Assembly (NCBI RefSeq): GCF_006345805.1
Contig: NC_043012.1
Span: 14,074,001-14,138,000, forward strand
From: Octopus sinensis
Taxonomy: Eukaryota
Direction: 5' to 3'
Length of the DNA stretch: 64,000 nucleotides
Each line of letters opens with the position of its first letter. Within the stretch, counting starts at the first letter, position 1. The notes under the pieces were generated by a model. That model had not been told where the DNA came from, searched no databases, and worked only from the letters and a program-made list of their open reading frames with translations. This document shows, piece after piece, positions 38,361-52,047 of this stretch. Made by a program: the position numbers and the translations under genes.

Positions 38361-39179
38361 GTTTGATTAACAATCACTTCAGTACTCGATGTATTTTACA
38401 CTACTTTCTGTTATGGGAGATCGCAGTTTCCATTCAATTTACCAATTACTGTTTCTATTGACTCTGTTCTTGTTTCTCTTCTATTTCTTCTTATTTTTTC
38501 TTCTTCTGTTTCTCTATTTCTTCTTCTTCTTGATCGTATTCTTCTTCTTCCTGTTCTTCATCCTCATCCTCATCATCATCGTTATCATCAACATCGTCGT
38601 CCTCATCATTATTATTATTGCTTGTGGTGGGTGTACGTTTTGTCGGCTACCGATTTGTTTGTTGAACTAAGTTGCAAACAATTTGTTTACTTTTATAAAT
38701 AGTTTTTTTTTTTAATTTTGAATAAGCCATCTCTACTACTTCACTGTATAAAAGAGATGGACTGCTAAATTGTGCACCACAAGATAAAATTTTTGTACAG
38801 TTGCTATTTGTTTTTTTTTCTTTTATCTTTTACTTATTCATTTTGCTGTCGCCTTTTCTCTGCTGACATTGCCTGATGCAGCGATGGGGTCGCAGTAAGA
38901 AAGACACATACAACGTCATTAAAAAGCATTACCTGTATGTTCGTTTTAAAAGGACAGCAGCACAGAATTTATGGAGAAAAAAGAATGCTGCTACGAAAAG
39001 AACAATGACCACAATGGTAACAACAACGTTAGTAATATTAAGGACAACGTTTGTAAGAGTGAGAACACTATCACACATAATAAGGACATAATAAGGACAT
39101 CAGCAGCAACAACAATAACAACGAAAGCAGTAACAATATAAATAATAAAATCAAAAGCAACTACAGCAATATCAATGGC

Positions 39180-39990
39180 AGGGTTGTTTCGAAAAGACTT
39201 GGACCTCGAGATAGCATAGATCTTCCGTGACCCGCAAGTAAGTTAATGGTCCGGAACATGAGCAGTTACAAAGAATTTCCCTTTAAAATAGTCGCATTGT
39301 ATGCATCGATAGGAAGAAGGGGGCGGTCATATTTCTTCAGGCACCTTGAGATTTTCTTAGGAACGACCCACTCATTAGTGCTAGTGGGTGATTAGATCAC
39401 CAACATGAATACATGTCTGGATTTTATGGGGCAAGCTGTTAAGAGAGGGTTTTTAAAAGCCTTACAGACCTGTTCGGTCCTGTCCGACTTTTTGATGGAC
39501 GCCGACTAGATTTCCCGAATGCGTCAATGTAAACATGAGCATCAGTCATTCAGGCTGTTTCTAGATGAAGTATTCTGCATGACAGCAGATAGGGATAGCA
39601 TTGAGATTCCATAATTCAATATGGCCGGCTAAACATATTACAAAGTGCATTATTTCCCCTATTCTGTACGAACTGACACTACAGTAGATGCTGGGGGTTT
39701 TGAGGAGCGGCCGGCGAGGACTCGGATGCAGAAGACCTCGAAGTAATTAGTGTTCGACATCAAGCTCATTGAGGTGATCGTTAATGCATTTAGGGAATAC
39801 GTGCCGATGACAGGTGCAAAAATTAATCAGAGGAAGTTGTTGAACCTCCAGTTCGATTGGAAGAGGAGGTCTATGCAATCTAACAGCATCATCGGGCACT
39901 GGGGCGAGTGGTAAAACTGCTAGAGGCTTGATTTGGTCCAGACCTCAAAGTGGAGAAAGAGTAAGGCTATGTGACGCGTAGAGTGCCGAG
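39180..39990 (+). mobile_element. Tx1/L1-like ORF2 remnant, internally deleted
   Basis: LFRKDLDLEI..FRDP and RHLEIFLGTTHSLVLVGD* match the 57835-58150 copy; later TGAKINQRK and VKLLEA*FGPDL. Confidence 0.75.
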
Positions 39991-40720
39991 TTTTAAAAAT
40001 TGTAGGAGTGGTAAAGCAAGTCATAGTGAAACGGCATAAACATACCTATACTCTAATGCTGCAATATAAGATTGACTCTGTCATATTTGTGAACAGCTCC
40101 AACATTAGTTGAAGGAAGGGGCAACGAGAAATGATATGTAGTGCGATGAAATCTCAGTGAGTATACAAGTCTTAGTGTACTATGGAGACCAAACATCCAC
40201 ATCAAAAGCATCGAAGGAAAAGGTCATGCGACCGGTGGGAAAGGGCAGAATACCTAATTGTTATACAATAATGGCCACTTAAGAGACTAACGGGAAGAGA
40301 TGGAAAAGTGAAACAAAGGAAAGACAATAAGGAATGAAGGAGAAGTAGTAAAAATCAGTAGATTCCAGATGCTTCTCTCTTCAGAAGATCAACATTTAAT
40401 CGCCTAGAATAATAAAGATCAAGCCTCAACCTCAAGTGTAATTGATTGCTCAGAAGCCAAGGACTTTCCGCCCAAAAGTAACACGGGTTCGTCTTATAAG
40501 AAACTGGAGATGACTAATAAAAGTGTGTATCGAACCGTTTGTACACGTCTGTATAGAGAATAATGTAGAACGACCTCACAATAAAAAGATTAACACAGTA
40601 AGAAAGTAAACAGAACCCCCGAGCTTCAGTTCGTCTTCACATCCATAATTCTCACTGTTGCTTGTAAAACAAGTAAATAGCCTTGTAACTTAAACTCTTC
40701 AAGAACATATATATATATAT

Positions 40721-40778
40721 GGCGGTGCCCCAGCATGGCCACAGCTCATAAGCTGAAACTAGAATCAATCAATCAATC
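40721..40778 (+). mobile_element. Isolated SINE/LINE 3' tail inserted in (TA)n
   Basis: ggcggtgccccagcatggccacagctcataagctgaaact followed by (AATC)n. Confidence 0.75.
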
Positions 40779-40799
40779 ATATATATATATATATATTCT

Positions 40800-40956
40800 C
40801 TTTGTTTATTTTCTCGTGTTCCTTTCTGTTGAAGAGTGTAAGCTCGAAACGTAAAAACATTTCTCACCTTCTCGAGTGTTTAACTAATACACCTGTCTGT
40901 TGCTTACACACCTGTCTTCGTCTTTTGTTTTTTTTTGTAAATTCGAACGATATATG

Positions 40957-40992
<36 letters not shown>

Positions 40993-41215
40993 ATATATAT
41001 ATATATATAGATATATATATATATATATATATACGAGCAAGCATATAATTGAAAAACAAGGTGGAAAAAATAGTACTTGAATACCGAAGTTGAGTAATTT
41101 GCTTTTTTATTAAAGCTCCAAAAACAGCACAAAGGACTGTTACTCAGAGTTTCACGTTTCCGTTTGTCAGGTCGTTGTGATCAAGACTTGATCTCAAAAC
41201 AACCTGAGAAGAAAA
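40800..41215. mobile_element. Two pLTR-like fragments with degenerate hammerhead motifs
   Basis: 40823-40856(+): uuu-CUGUUGAA-gagu(guaa)gcuc-GAAA-cg-UA-aaa; 41175-41136(-): CUGACAA-acg(gaaa)cgu-GAAA-cucugag-UA. Confidence 0.5.
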
Positions 41216-41799
41216 CGCACCGCCATGTTCGGAAATTGAACCCATGATCACGCAAGCATCAATGCAACAGACTAACCACAAAATCACATGCATTCACTTA
41301 TTTGTTTATACCCACATATTTTGTAGATCTCTTGTATACGATTTATTTTATGAATAAATAGATCCTAGGGTCAAATACAATAAACAAAGTATTATTATTA
41401 CCACTGTCACCATCATCAAGATATTATTATTCGCTGATGACCCTATCAGATGCTAAGATATTTTTCTTCTGAGAATTTCCGAAGTTTTCCAAGTTTTCAT
41501 TTGAAGAAAGCATTTTTTCCATTTTAATATTATTTCAAGTAGGCTGTAAATAATTTTTTAAATCGATAGCAAGGTCGGTTTTCAAAACATTTTCATTTTA
41601 TTTTACTCTTTATCACTACAGAAAAAAAATTTCTTCTTTTCTGAAATCCACTCTTACTAGAAATTATGAGTAAAGCAACAGATAAACAAACAAAAATTAT
41701 TTGTGTTTCTAAAAACTAAAAGAAATGTTTTAAATAACAGAAAAGCAGAAAAAAAATAATGACATCTCCACAAAAGAGGCAGCTCTTTTGAGAATCATA

Positions 41800-42890
41800 A
41801 CTGCAACACAAACAACAACTGTAACATCAAGCACGTACGTACTTCATCAAATGTGATGTGTGATGTCAAAAGATGATCGTTTGCAAACGTTCTTTGGAGT
41901 GAGAAAAGAATGCAAAATATTTCGCAGAAAGAACTGAAACTTGTCAGCAATTTTCCACAAACAAGGCACTCGACTACCACAGTCTTCTGAGAGGTAGAAG
42001 ATGATATAATTGTGAGCTGCTAAACACACGAACAGCCCAGTTCAAGTGAGAGTAGGGTTTCACCTCCCAGTCGTTAGAAATGGTCTGTTCAACCATTGAC
42101 AACACTGATAGAAACCTAGCAGAACACTTCTGTATAAGCTACACAGTCAAACAAACCACTGGTCGAACAGGTTTTGAGATAAAATTGCAAAAACAAAGCA
42201 CTTAATAATTTATTGGTAAAACTATTCATAACATATTACAGTTTTCACATAGAAAGTATCCACAGAACTTGGGTCCTTACTCATTCTGCCCCAATAATTC
42301 GTTACTGAACTGTCTATAATCACCGGCATTATGTAATATATGAACTACGTGGAGAGCACACTCAGAGAGAAGATATAATCAGCATAGTAATGTAACTGAT
42401 CAACGCAAATTCACGTTTAAATGTTTATCTATTTTGTTTTATTTATAGTTATTCTTTCACCTGTTTTACTCCAAGTAATTATTTGTACTCTTATTTTGCA
42501 GCCCATAACTCGTCTCATTTATATGTATAGGTGTGGAGAGAGAAAGAGAGAACGAGAGAGAGAGAGAGATACATACATACATACATACATACATACATAC
42601 ATACATACATACATACATGATTGTATATATATATTATTTCACCTGATATGAGCTTTATCTCTACTACATGCCAGACTTGTTCAAATTTACCCTTCCAGAT
42701 ATCTGACCCGATGCAAAGTGACGTTTTTGAGGATTTTTCCATATAAGTGGAATACACTTGATAATTTTTAGCCCAAAAGGGCGTTAGTGCTCATCGTCAA
42801 TACTTTGGCCATAAACATACAAAGCTACACCAGCACGAACGAATCTATATATGGCAACCTCTATTTCGTGGGATATATCTGCTTCATATA
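41800..42890 (-). pseudogene. Possible second decayed nrf-6/OACYL-like remnant
   Basis: Segment ending at donor cag|gtgaaa (~42642) gives RLPYI.., KCIPLIWKNP, QVWHV; the next segment gives VKPYSHL and NYIIFY; several stops. Confidence 0.3.
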
Positions 42891-44659
42891 GAACAACTGA
42901 ATTAATAAGATTTTACCTAAGGCAATGACCCAACAATGTCTCATTCCAGTGACTGAAGCAAGTAAATGATAAAAGAAAGGAGCTAACAATTAGAATGTAT
43001 CAACTGTTGAAAGTATTCCGTGTATATTCCATTATTTTTAAAGCGGCTTCATTAGTGTTGCAATTGTTGATGTAAAAATCCAATGTAAAAATCCAAACGT
43101 GTCTACACTCCGCCGAAATATTACATATCTAATTTAAGACTTTACTTTGTCAGGCAAAATCTAAAAACTGTTAGGACTGCAAAAATTGTTTCTATCTTTC
43201 CAATAGTAATTTTGATTACCAGCTTTAGGATGGTTTAAAAGTTTCTGATAGAATATTGTTCATTGCCTGTGATTTATTTTATCCAGATCAAAGACGATTA
43301 AATGAAAATCGTAACGCTAGTAAGATTTTAATTGTAGAAGGTAAACAACACTCTTAAACACAAAATGAAATTATATTCTACTTGATAGTTCAATAAATAC
43401 AGACATTGAACTGCATATTACTATTGTATTATTATTTAATTTCTAGCGTAAATAGTATAATAACGTATCAACTTCGTAGTCTTTTCCATTTTGTTGACCC
43501 TGCAGGAAGATAATGACAAAGCGAGGCTTGCATTCGAACTCGAAAGTAAAAGTCACGAAACTTAATAGTAAAATTCTTTTATTCAGGCGTTCCACTGACC
43601 CGATCAATTACCTGTTGCAATTCCTTTAATTCATTCTATACAATTTCTGTTTAACATGATGTTTTGCACACTTAAAATTCTGGTGCACTAGTTTTCAATG
43701 TGAACATCAAGTAATTTTGTTACAATGTATAGCACTTAATGAGCATTACGAAAAAACTTAAATGGAAGAATTTATTTCAATCTATGAACTATTATATTAC
43801 AGTAAATGCAATCGATGTACATTAGCAGGAATACTGATTTCTAAACATTATAGGTAAATAAACTTCTGTTGTTATATATTCTAGACAATATAAATGTCAA
43901 ATTGAGACATTCTTTAGAAATGCTATTTAGTTATCATTATGAAGTTTGTTTCCAAATAATTATGCAGTTGAATGAACTGCAAATTAAATATTATGTTGAT
44001 TGAATATCCACAAAGCGGCTTTCAGTCTACAGACAAAGCCCAAAGCTACAGTCTTCAAATTGCTATAACTTAAGAATGCTAATATCATTTTAATTTTTTT
44101 CTTTCACATTAGGTTTAGCTGCATATATATTTTAAAACGATCTCTATTGATTTTAAAATTCAACTACCAATTTCAAATGTAGTAATAATGAACAATAACA
44201 TTTAGAAAGCATAACATACTACTATGACTATATGTCGTTTCATTATCTCAAATAAACATTAATTTTATTTTAAATTATAGAAGAGACCTACAGCTAGTAT
44301 GACTAATTATTTTTTAATTCCAACCTTTTTGCAACATTTCAATACACGATAATTCAACATAAATGTTTCATTAACCTACATTATTTCTAGATTACCATAT
44401 ATTTTAATTTATTTGCCAAGCACAAATGTGATTAATTGAAATATGAAGTATTTGCATTTTCAGTTCGTTTTGAAATAAACGTTATTCATTAACACTTGTT
44501 TAACGGTTGATTAATGGTTTTATTAATTTAGAATGAACGAGAAAAATATCATAATTACGCCATTTCGAAGAAAAGGCAATATGAATGAAATGTAATTGCT
44601 GAATTCAATCAGTGAAAATATGATATAGGTTTATGCAGGAAGTAAAAGTAGAGTTACCT

Positions 44660-44888
44660 TCCTGAGTCCTAACCAGCGGTTTTCTAGTTTCATTGCGTGT
44701 ATATTCCACCACCGGGACAGGACGCTGGTCCGTCGCAGGATTACTCATTTTTGCCAGCTGAGTGGACTGGAGCAATGAGAAAATGAAGTGTTTTGCTCAA
44801 GAACACAATGCGTCGCTCGGTCTAGGAATGAAAACCACAATTTTACGATCATAAGTCCAGCACCGTAACCACTAAGCCACACGCCTCT
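44660..44888 (-). mobile_element. SINE with CORE-like body and tail type 2
   Basis: tRNA-like head, body aaatgaagtgttttgctcaagaacac, tail ggacaggacgctggtccgtcgcaggattac resembling 19687-19717. Confidence 0.8.
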
Positions 44889-45065
44889 GCTCTGCAGGAA
44901 GTCTTGACAGGCGTTTTATTTATTAACTTTAAATAATTCACATAAACCACGTTCAAAAATAAGATACGAGAATTTTCAAAGATGGTAAAAATGGGTCATC
45001 ATGGACTATTTCAGACTTACTTTATTTTGTAAGGTTTTCTGCTGGTTTAATTGCTGTTTGAAATA

Positions 45066-45461
45066 CTCTTTTACTCATTTACTTGTTTCAGTCATTTGAC
45101 TGCGGCCATGCTGGAGCACCGCCTTTAGTCGAACAAATCGACTCCAGGACTTATTCTTTGGAAGCCTAGTACTTATTCTATCAGTATTTTTTGCCGAACC
45201 GCTAGGTTACGGGTACGTAAACACACCAGCATCGGTTGTCAAGTGATGTTGCGGGGCGACAAACACAGACACACAAACATATACACTCACGCATATATAT
45301 ACTTATATACAACGCGCTTCCTTCAGTTTCCGTCTACCAAATCTACTCACGAGGCTTTGGTCGGCCCGAGGCTTTAGTAGAAGACACCTGGCCAAGGTGG
45401 GACTAAACCCGGAACCATGTGGTTGGTAAGCAAGATACTTACCACACAGCCACTCCTACGC
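45066..45461 (-). mobile_element. SINE family B, full length
   Basis: Head, internal (TA/GT) tract and tail aaggcggtgctccagcatggccgcagtcaaatgactgaaacaagtaa. Confidence 0.92.
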
Positions 45462-46152
45462 ATGTGCATTAAAATTCAGTGAATACAATATTTCCATTGT
45501 GATACAAACTTGCATATAAACGTAGGCATAACACTGACATTTGATCTCTCGTGTGGCATTAATAGATATTTCCATATAAATGCCTTCTGGTTATTTCGTA
45601 TCAAAATTATTATCAGTGTCATATTTGGGTTATGCCGCAAACTTGTATAATACACAAACATACATCTGACCTTTGATCTCTCATTTGGTATGATTATCGT
45701 TTGCCATAACTAATATAACTGATATTCAAATAAACTCTAAACTAGTTTCACTTAAACATTTCATTTGATTTTGATTTTCTATTAACCATCATTAATTTTG
45801 TTTAAACACTTGTTACATTTCCTTTCCTAATTCAATCAAGGTTTCCACATATTGTGCAATCTGTAAAATATTGCTTTAGAGTCGAATGGTGATTGCTTCA
45901 CTGCTTCGACAATAGAAAAGTTATCTTAAATATTATTGAATATTAAAGCATTTTCCTATTTCAATCATCTTATTGTTGGTATATAATTCTCCGTTCAATG
46001 CATCATTCTAGCTGAATTCTGAAATGCCGATCTTGAATTAACAATTATTTCGGTGTCATGATATCGTTATACACGCACATACATAGACACACACGCAAAC
46101 ACACAAAGACATACGCACACAGATGATACATATATATATATATAATACTTTA

Positions 46153-46310
46153 TATGGCTGTGCGGTAAGAAGCTTGCTTCCCAACTAAATGATTCCGGGT
46201 TCAGTCGCACTGCATGGCACCTTGAGCAAGTGTTTTCTACTATAGCCTCAGGCCGACCAAAGCCTTGTAAGTGGATTTGGTAGGACGGAAACTGAAGACA
46301 ATCCATATAT
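46153..46310 (+). mobile_element. SINE family B, 5' half
   Basis: tggctgtgcggtaagaagcttgcttccc...ggaaactgaag. Confidence 0.88.
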
Positions 46311-46479
46311 GTATATATATATATTCCTTATTAGTGAATTAAGGCTACCATTGTTTTCCTGTTATGGAAAATATGAAAATATCCTAGTGTCTTAATTTTT
46401 CAAGCCGATTACATGGAAAAGGGTGTTCGTCTCCATTTTGGAAAACAATCTTGCTTCGTTCACGGGATTTCTCGTAAAT

Positions 46480-47350
46480 TTGAGTAAAAACCAATGAACC
46501 ACTGAATCAAGGCACGTTATTCTTGAGTAGCATCTTTTGGGTGTTTGTTTTCCTTGGATGTGTCTTGGGTTAAATTTCTTTTGGTGGTTAATTTTTTTGC
46601 ATTATTTTACATTATTTGTTATTATTCCGGCCATGGTGTTCTTGTACTTGTATGCTGAGGTAGTTCGTCAGTGGAGCATATTTCTTCTTTGTGTGGAGTT
46701 TTTGTGCTTTGTGCGTTCATGTTTAAGAGAGGGGCCATCCTGGTAGACCTACCCTCGACTATTGAGTGTAAAATATTGCTTGTGTATGCAAAGAGAGACG
46801 GCCTCACCCCTTACGTTTAAGATGTTATCTTATGATTCAATAATGTTTAATCTGCCAGTAATACACAGTTCACATTTGGTACCCCGTCTTCTGTATTTCA
46901 TGGTTTTACCAATAATTTTCCATTTTATCTGGGGGTTGCTTATTCCACCTTCTTTGAATGTCCATATCATATTTGATAGAGATATCGCATGTTTTTGGTA
47001 TTTGTCTCTGAATGACACAAAATGATGTGTATACCTTTCCTTCAACAAGTTGCCCGTCTTTCCGATATACGTATTTGCCATTCCGTTGAGGTCCGTGATC
47101 TTGGCCTTGTATACGAGTTCTTTCTCGAGACTGTTTTTGTTTAGAGGGCAGCGGTTTGGGAATGTGAAGCTGCATTGTCTTTCTGGGGTGTTTCTGGTGT
47201 GATTATGTTTATTGTGATTGAGGATTATTGATCTTATATTGGTGAGGTAAATATAGCTAACTTTAACTATTTTTGTAGTATGAATGTCTTGTATTCTGTT
47301 CTAAAAATAGCTAATGGTTGACATTTTACCCTTACTGAATAGGGGAGAGG
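46480..47350 (-). mobile_element. Penelope-like element, GIY-YIG region
   Basis: VKVSYIYLTNI..I..HN, RCPL...ELVYKAKI, TYIGKTG...KERYTHH..SFR, LS..IW, CELC. Confidence 0.88.
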
Positions 47351-47944
47351 CATAGTTCTAAAGAAGTACGTCATGTTATTTTTCCACTCTTTTGGCCAAA
47401 TTGATTAACTGTCTCTTCCAAGCCCGACACTACTGGTCATCCTAATCAGCATATTCATAACATATTCCTCTACGCCAATATTATTGATATTTATTTTAAT
47501 ATAAAATAAATCTAGGTATGCACCCAATTGTTATTATTATTTATTTATTTTATATCAACACTATTATTTGCTTATTTTTTCATTAGATTTATATTTGTGA
47601 CTAGTAAATCTAATTATTTATTCATAATATATTAGTTGACAGGTTGGGTTCATATATATATTTGTATATTTAAATTGTAGTATCGATGCACTATTCATAG
47701 GAATTATTTACACTATTTTATCTATATCTATTTAGATTTTTAAATGTTTATCTAATTTTATTATCTATTCATAGGTATTATGAACACAGTGTTTGTTTTA
47801 ACTATATCTATTGAAATATATCCAATGTATTTTTAACTTTATGAACACAACAGAGCCATCTTTCCCTCTTGTTGATCCATTTGCATTTTGATGTAAGAAT
47901 CAGGCAAATTTATTCGACGCAACGTTCACATTGTTTGTGTGTCA

Positions 47945-48185
47945 GAAAGAAGCTCGTCGAATATATCAGTTTGTGTCTGTGTTTGTATCTGTGTTTCTCC
48001 CACTTGACAGCCGGTGTTTTGAATTTACGCACATGAAAATAAGCGGTTTGGCAAAGACACTGATAGAAAAAGTAACAGGCTGTAAATAAAAATACGTACT
48101 AGATCGATTCGTTCGACTAAGATTTCTGCAAGGTGGCGCCCCAGCATGGGCTCAGTCTGATGACTGAAACAAATAAAAGATAAAA
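47945..48185 (+). mobile_element. SINE family B, 3' half
   Basis: Ends aaggtggcgccccagcatgggctcagtctgatgactgaaacaaataaaaga. Confidence 0.8.
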
Positions 48186-48589
48186 CATAGTTTAATGATT
48201 TTAACTTTTGTCAAATGTGAAAACGATTTAACGCAAGTAAAGATTTCGTCGATATTTGTTCCTTTTACACTCACCACCTGAGGCTGACAGAAGACACCTG
48301 ATGACACCATTACTTTCATCTAAGATTTATTGTTCCGCAAGACATGCAATATCCTGTCCAGAACGTTCAAAACCTCTTTCTTATTAATAGCACATTAATC
48401 ACGGCAACAGTTTGGCATCCTTTTATGATTTTGTCCAGTCCCCAAATTCTTGTCAAGGTTGCAAACAGGCGAATGATTTGTGTACTATTACAAGGCAATC
48501 ACCTGGCTTCTTTAATGACTTGCCCAGCCCCTAAATTCTTGTCGATATTTCTCACTGGAGCACTATTCTTGACTAGATACAAAAGGATC

Positions 48590-49371
48590 TTTAAAAGGCG
48601 TGTCCTATAAGAATCAATGGAATGATTATGATGGCAGTACTTAAAGACACTACTGAAATAACTATGCCCTTATGCTGATGGAATATGGCAACGGGATCAT
48701 CGCGGAAGCTTAATCCAGTTTGTTGCTACTAAACCCGAGCAAAAATAGCCGAATTGAACACTCGCAGGTCTACTGTAAGTTTTGTTTCATTTTCGTTGTC
48801 GTATGATATGCGTCAATATTATGGTTATCCCATTCTAAATGTCTCTTGTTAGATTATTGTAACCAGTTCTAAACTGTTTGTCCTCCTCAATGTTTGTGCT
48901 TGCTGTGTTCCAATAAAATATTGTGATTTTAAATGCTGGGTGTCTTTCATGAAAGTAAACACGAAAAAGCATCAGGAAGTTCATTGCTACTGACGCAATT
49001 TCCCTACAGGAATTAGATAATATTTTCGCGGTTGATTACCTGAATCACAGAAAACATTGCATCGTTGAACCCATAATGGCAATTTTCATGAACGTAACTC
49101 AGAATTGATGTTTGTCTGCAGGAAGAACTTGAAAACCAATAACATATTGTCAACTTCAATCTGTGATACTAATTCTGGAAACCTCCACCCTCTCCTGATC
49201 ATTTGTATGTGGGGTAGCCATTATAATCCGCCGAACCTCCATCGCAAATTGTTTTAACAAACGCTTAGTGCTTTTGTTGTCTCCCATGCAAATTTAGAGT
49301 GTACAGACAATGAACCCCTTCTTTTTAAATATTAAAGAATTCTTTTGTTCTGACAGGCTTGAAAGCTTTGT

Positions 49372-49417
<46 letters not shown>

Positions 49418-49790
49418 CGTGACATGTGCTTTAAGAGTGCGTAGCTGCATCCATCATTTGTTGGTTGATTCCCAACTTTTGATGGATAACACTTTTACAT
49501 CACTCGGCCAACAACCCTCCGTTTCATGGGTCTATTTGGGTAGTCGTTGCTAGCGAGGGTTTTACGAAGCCGGAGTGCAAATCCTAACTCAACCTCTTTT
49601 ACTCACCTTTTACGAAACACAGGGAAAACGTTGGTTCTAATTTTTGCCATGCCGGTCCCTACACAGCATCGGAATAAGTGAATCTTATTTGTCAAAGAGA
49701 TTTTCAGTATATGCATGCTGAAAATTCCATTTTTGTAAATGTATGGTATGTATATGATACCTGACCGACCCAAATATTTGACACTTACTA
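48590..49790 (-). pseudogene. Possible processed pseudogene of a DEAD-box RNA helicase
   Basis: Collinear motif echoes with no room for large introns: GTGMAK (motif I), IIMATP (Ib/Ic), IEVDNML (II), MFSV (III), LVATN (V), SIDSY (before VI); many stops; interrupted by (GTA)n. Confidence 0.45.
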
Positions 49791-50433
49791 AACAACTCCA
49801 TCATTTTTGCTCCTGGATGTGAAATTATACCTGCGAATGAATGCGTGCCATTAAAGATTCCTTCGCAAAATTATTTCCATATGGAATTACAGGTGAAAAT
49901 AAAGGCGAACTGTGACCAGGCGGCAAACACATGTCAATGCGATGTTAGCATGAATTATTATTACAATACTAGAAACATTTTAGCAAATCAACCATACATT
50001 TAAGGAATGCAAAATTTAGTCGTGTCTGTAATTTGAGCTTGCAACAAATAAATTTGGATTCCAGCTCAAATTTCAATTATTTGTTTTCAATAGCAGACGT
50101 TTCTTGCCAGCATAATTAGAATTAACTTTTCATCAATCAAGACTTACAATAAAATAGATTTGGAAAGAGAGACGGGGGAATGGAAGGAGTGCATAAAACA
50201 GTTAAGGATAAATGTAATGTGTGTGAGAGAGAGAATGAAGCAGAAAGGAAGAGTGAAAGAGAGAAAGCAAGCAATGAAGATCAGGAAGTATGGCAAAATA
50301 GTAAAGCAGTGATTCAGCACTGGTTGTGTCAAAGGAGAAGTGATACGTGCGTAATAAACGATAGAGTGCGAGAAGATTAACATAGGCGCACAGGATTTTC
50401 CTCATGCATGTGTGTGTGTGTATGTGTGCGCGC

Positions 50434-50501
<68 letters not shown>

Positions 50502-50924
50502 GTTGCGTGTTCAGCTTAAGGTGAAGGTGTGATGAAAGCATTTATAACAAAACATTAAACGTTGTTTAATCCAATGAGTGCTGGCAAAGTGTAACAATGG
50601 TAAGTGTCCAACTGCGGACAAATAGTGAGAGTTGATGCCTTAATGTGTGTAAAGGGTATGTATGTACCAATATGTATATGAGTCAGGGAAGCCGAAATAA
50701 CTTACGTGGGCAAGAATGAGAAGTTGTAAGCAGTGATGAGCTAGTAGTGATAAGTTGGTCTGTGCTAAGTGAGAGGAAAAAGAATTATTCATGGAATCCA
50801 TTGCGTTGAGGGAACTGGATTGTGAAATACATCCGCGCTGACTAAATTTAAAACGGCGCCAAACACTGCTGTACCACTACTGAGCTAATGCGCGGTAACG
50901 AAATATGGCTTCCCTGGTCACTAC

Positions 50925-50963
<39 letters not shown>

Positions 50964-50966
50964 TAC

Positions 50967-51007
<41 letters not shown>

Positions 51008-51014
<7 letters not shown>

Positions 51015-51279
51015 ATCACGTGACCGACCAGTCCATCAGATGTAGTTTTAGCCTTCGAATGACGCCACACCGCTGGCTAAGCGAGCAGGCTAACAGAAGA
51101 AAGAGTGGGAGAAAGAGTGATGAAAGAGTACAGCAGGGATCACCACCCCCTGCCGGAGCCTCGTGGAGCTTTTAGGTGTTTTCGCTCAATAAACACTCAC
51201 AACGCCTGGTCTGGGAATCGAAACCGCGATCCTACGACCGCGAGTTCGCTGTCCTAACACTGGGCCATTGCGCCTCCAC
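51008..51279 (-). mobile_element. SINE family A, near full length, tail type 1
   Basis: tRNA-like head with A/B-box-like motifs (tggcccagtg..., ggtttcgattccc); within (TA)n. Confidence 0.92.
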
Positions 51280-51284
51280 ACATG

Positions 51285-51327
<43 letters not shown>

Positions 51328-52002
51328 TAAACAGTAAAAATAATTACAGACATGGACAAGAACATGAAACACCACAGAGACGACACAAGAACCACAGGAC
51401 GGGACATTCGAAGCCCTCAGTCATCAGTCAAGAACCAGATCATCTAGCAATTTCGGCTGATTAATCTTGAGATTGCTCCGATATGGGCAGCCCGCCAAGG
51501 GAAATCTAAGCCAAGCGCATTAGATCCCCTGGAAGAAAGCTTCGAATGTATACAACACGAGGACGGAAAACGAACGAAGTACACGAACAAAAATACAGAA
51601 TACGTGACACCAATAAGAATACCAAACGTAAAAACAATAACGGTAAAAATAAAAAACAAAACGAAACCAGGACGTAGGACAAGGGTCTTTCGACAGGACG
51701 AGTTGAGTATGGGGCTGGCTTGTGAAGTTGTGCCTAATGGCCGCAGGGAGACGAACAAATACGTGTTGCTTCGGCGGCTGCTGGAACGAAAGAGCGCTCA
51801 ACAGCGGCTAGCGGTCACGTGAGAACAAAAGACAGGAGAAAGGGACAGATGAAAAGAGAGAGAAGGTGGACGAGGGAGGAGAAGAAAGAGACAGATCGAG
51901 GGGCTGGAGGTGAGAGAGATAGAGAAACGTAGAAGGGGGGGGGAAGACGGATGGAGGGGGAAAGAAAGGAAGGGGAATAAGGGAGGAGAGAGAGAGAGAG
52001 AA

Positions 52003-52047
<45 letters not shown>

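Noticed and set aside
48344-48610. 88-aa ORF, and an acyltransferase-like reading on the opposite strand
   Set aside because: No recognisable domain; the resemblance is probably over-fitting, and the region abuts the helicase relic
51200-51279. tRNA gene candidates (also ~18280-18352, 29612 and 45400)
   Set aside because: They are SINE heads continuing into SINE bodies; no clean cloverleaf was found
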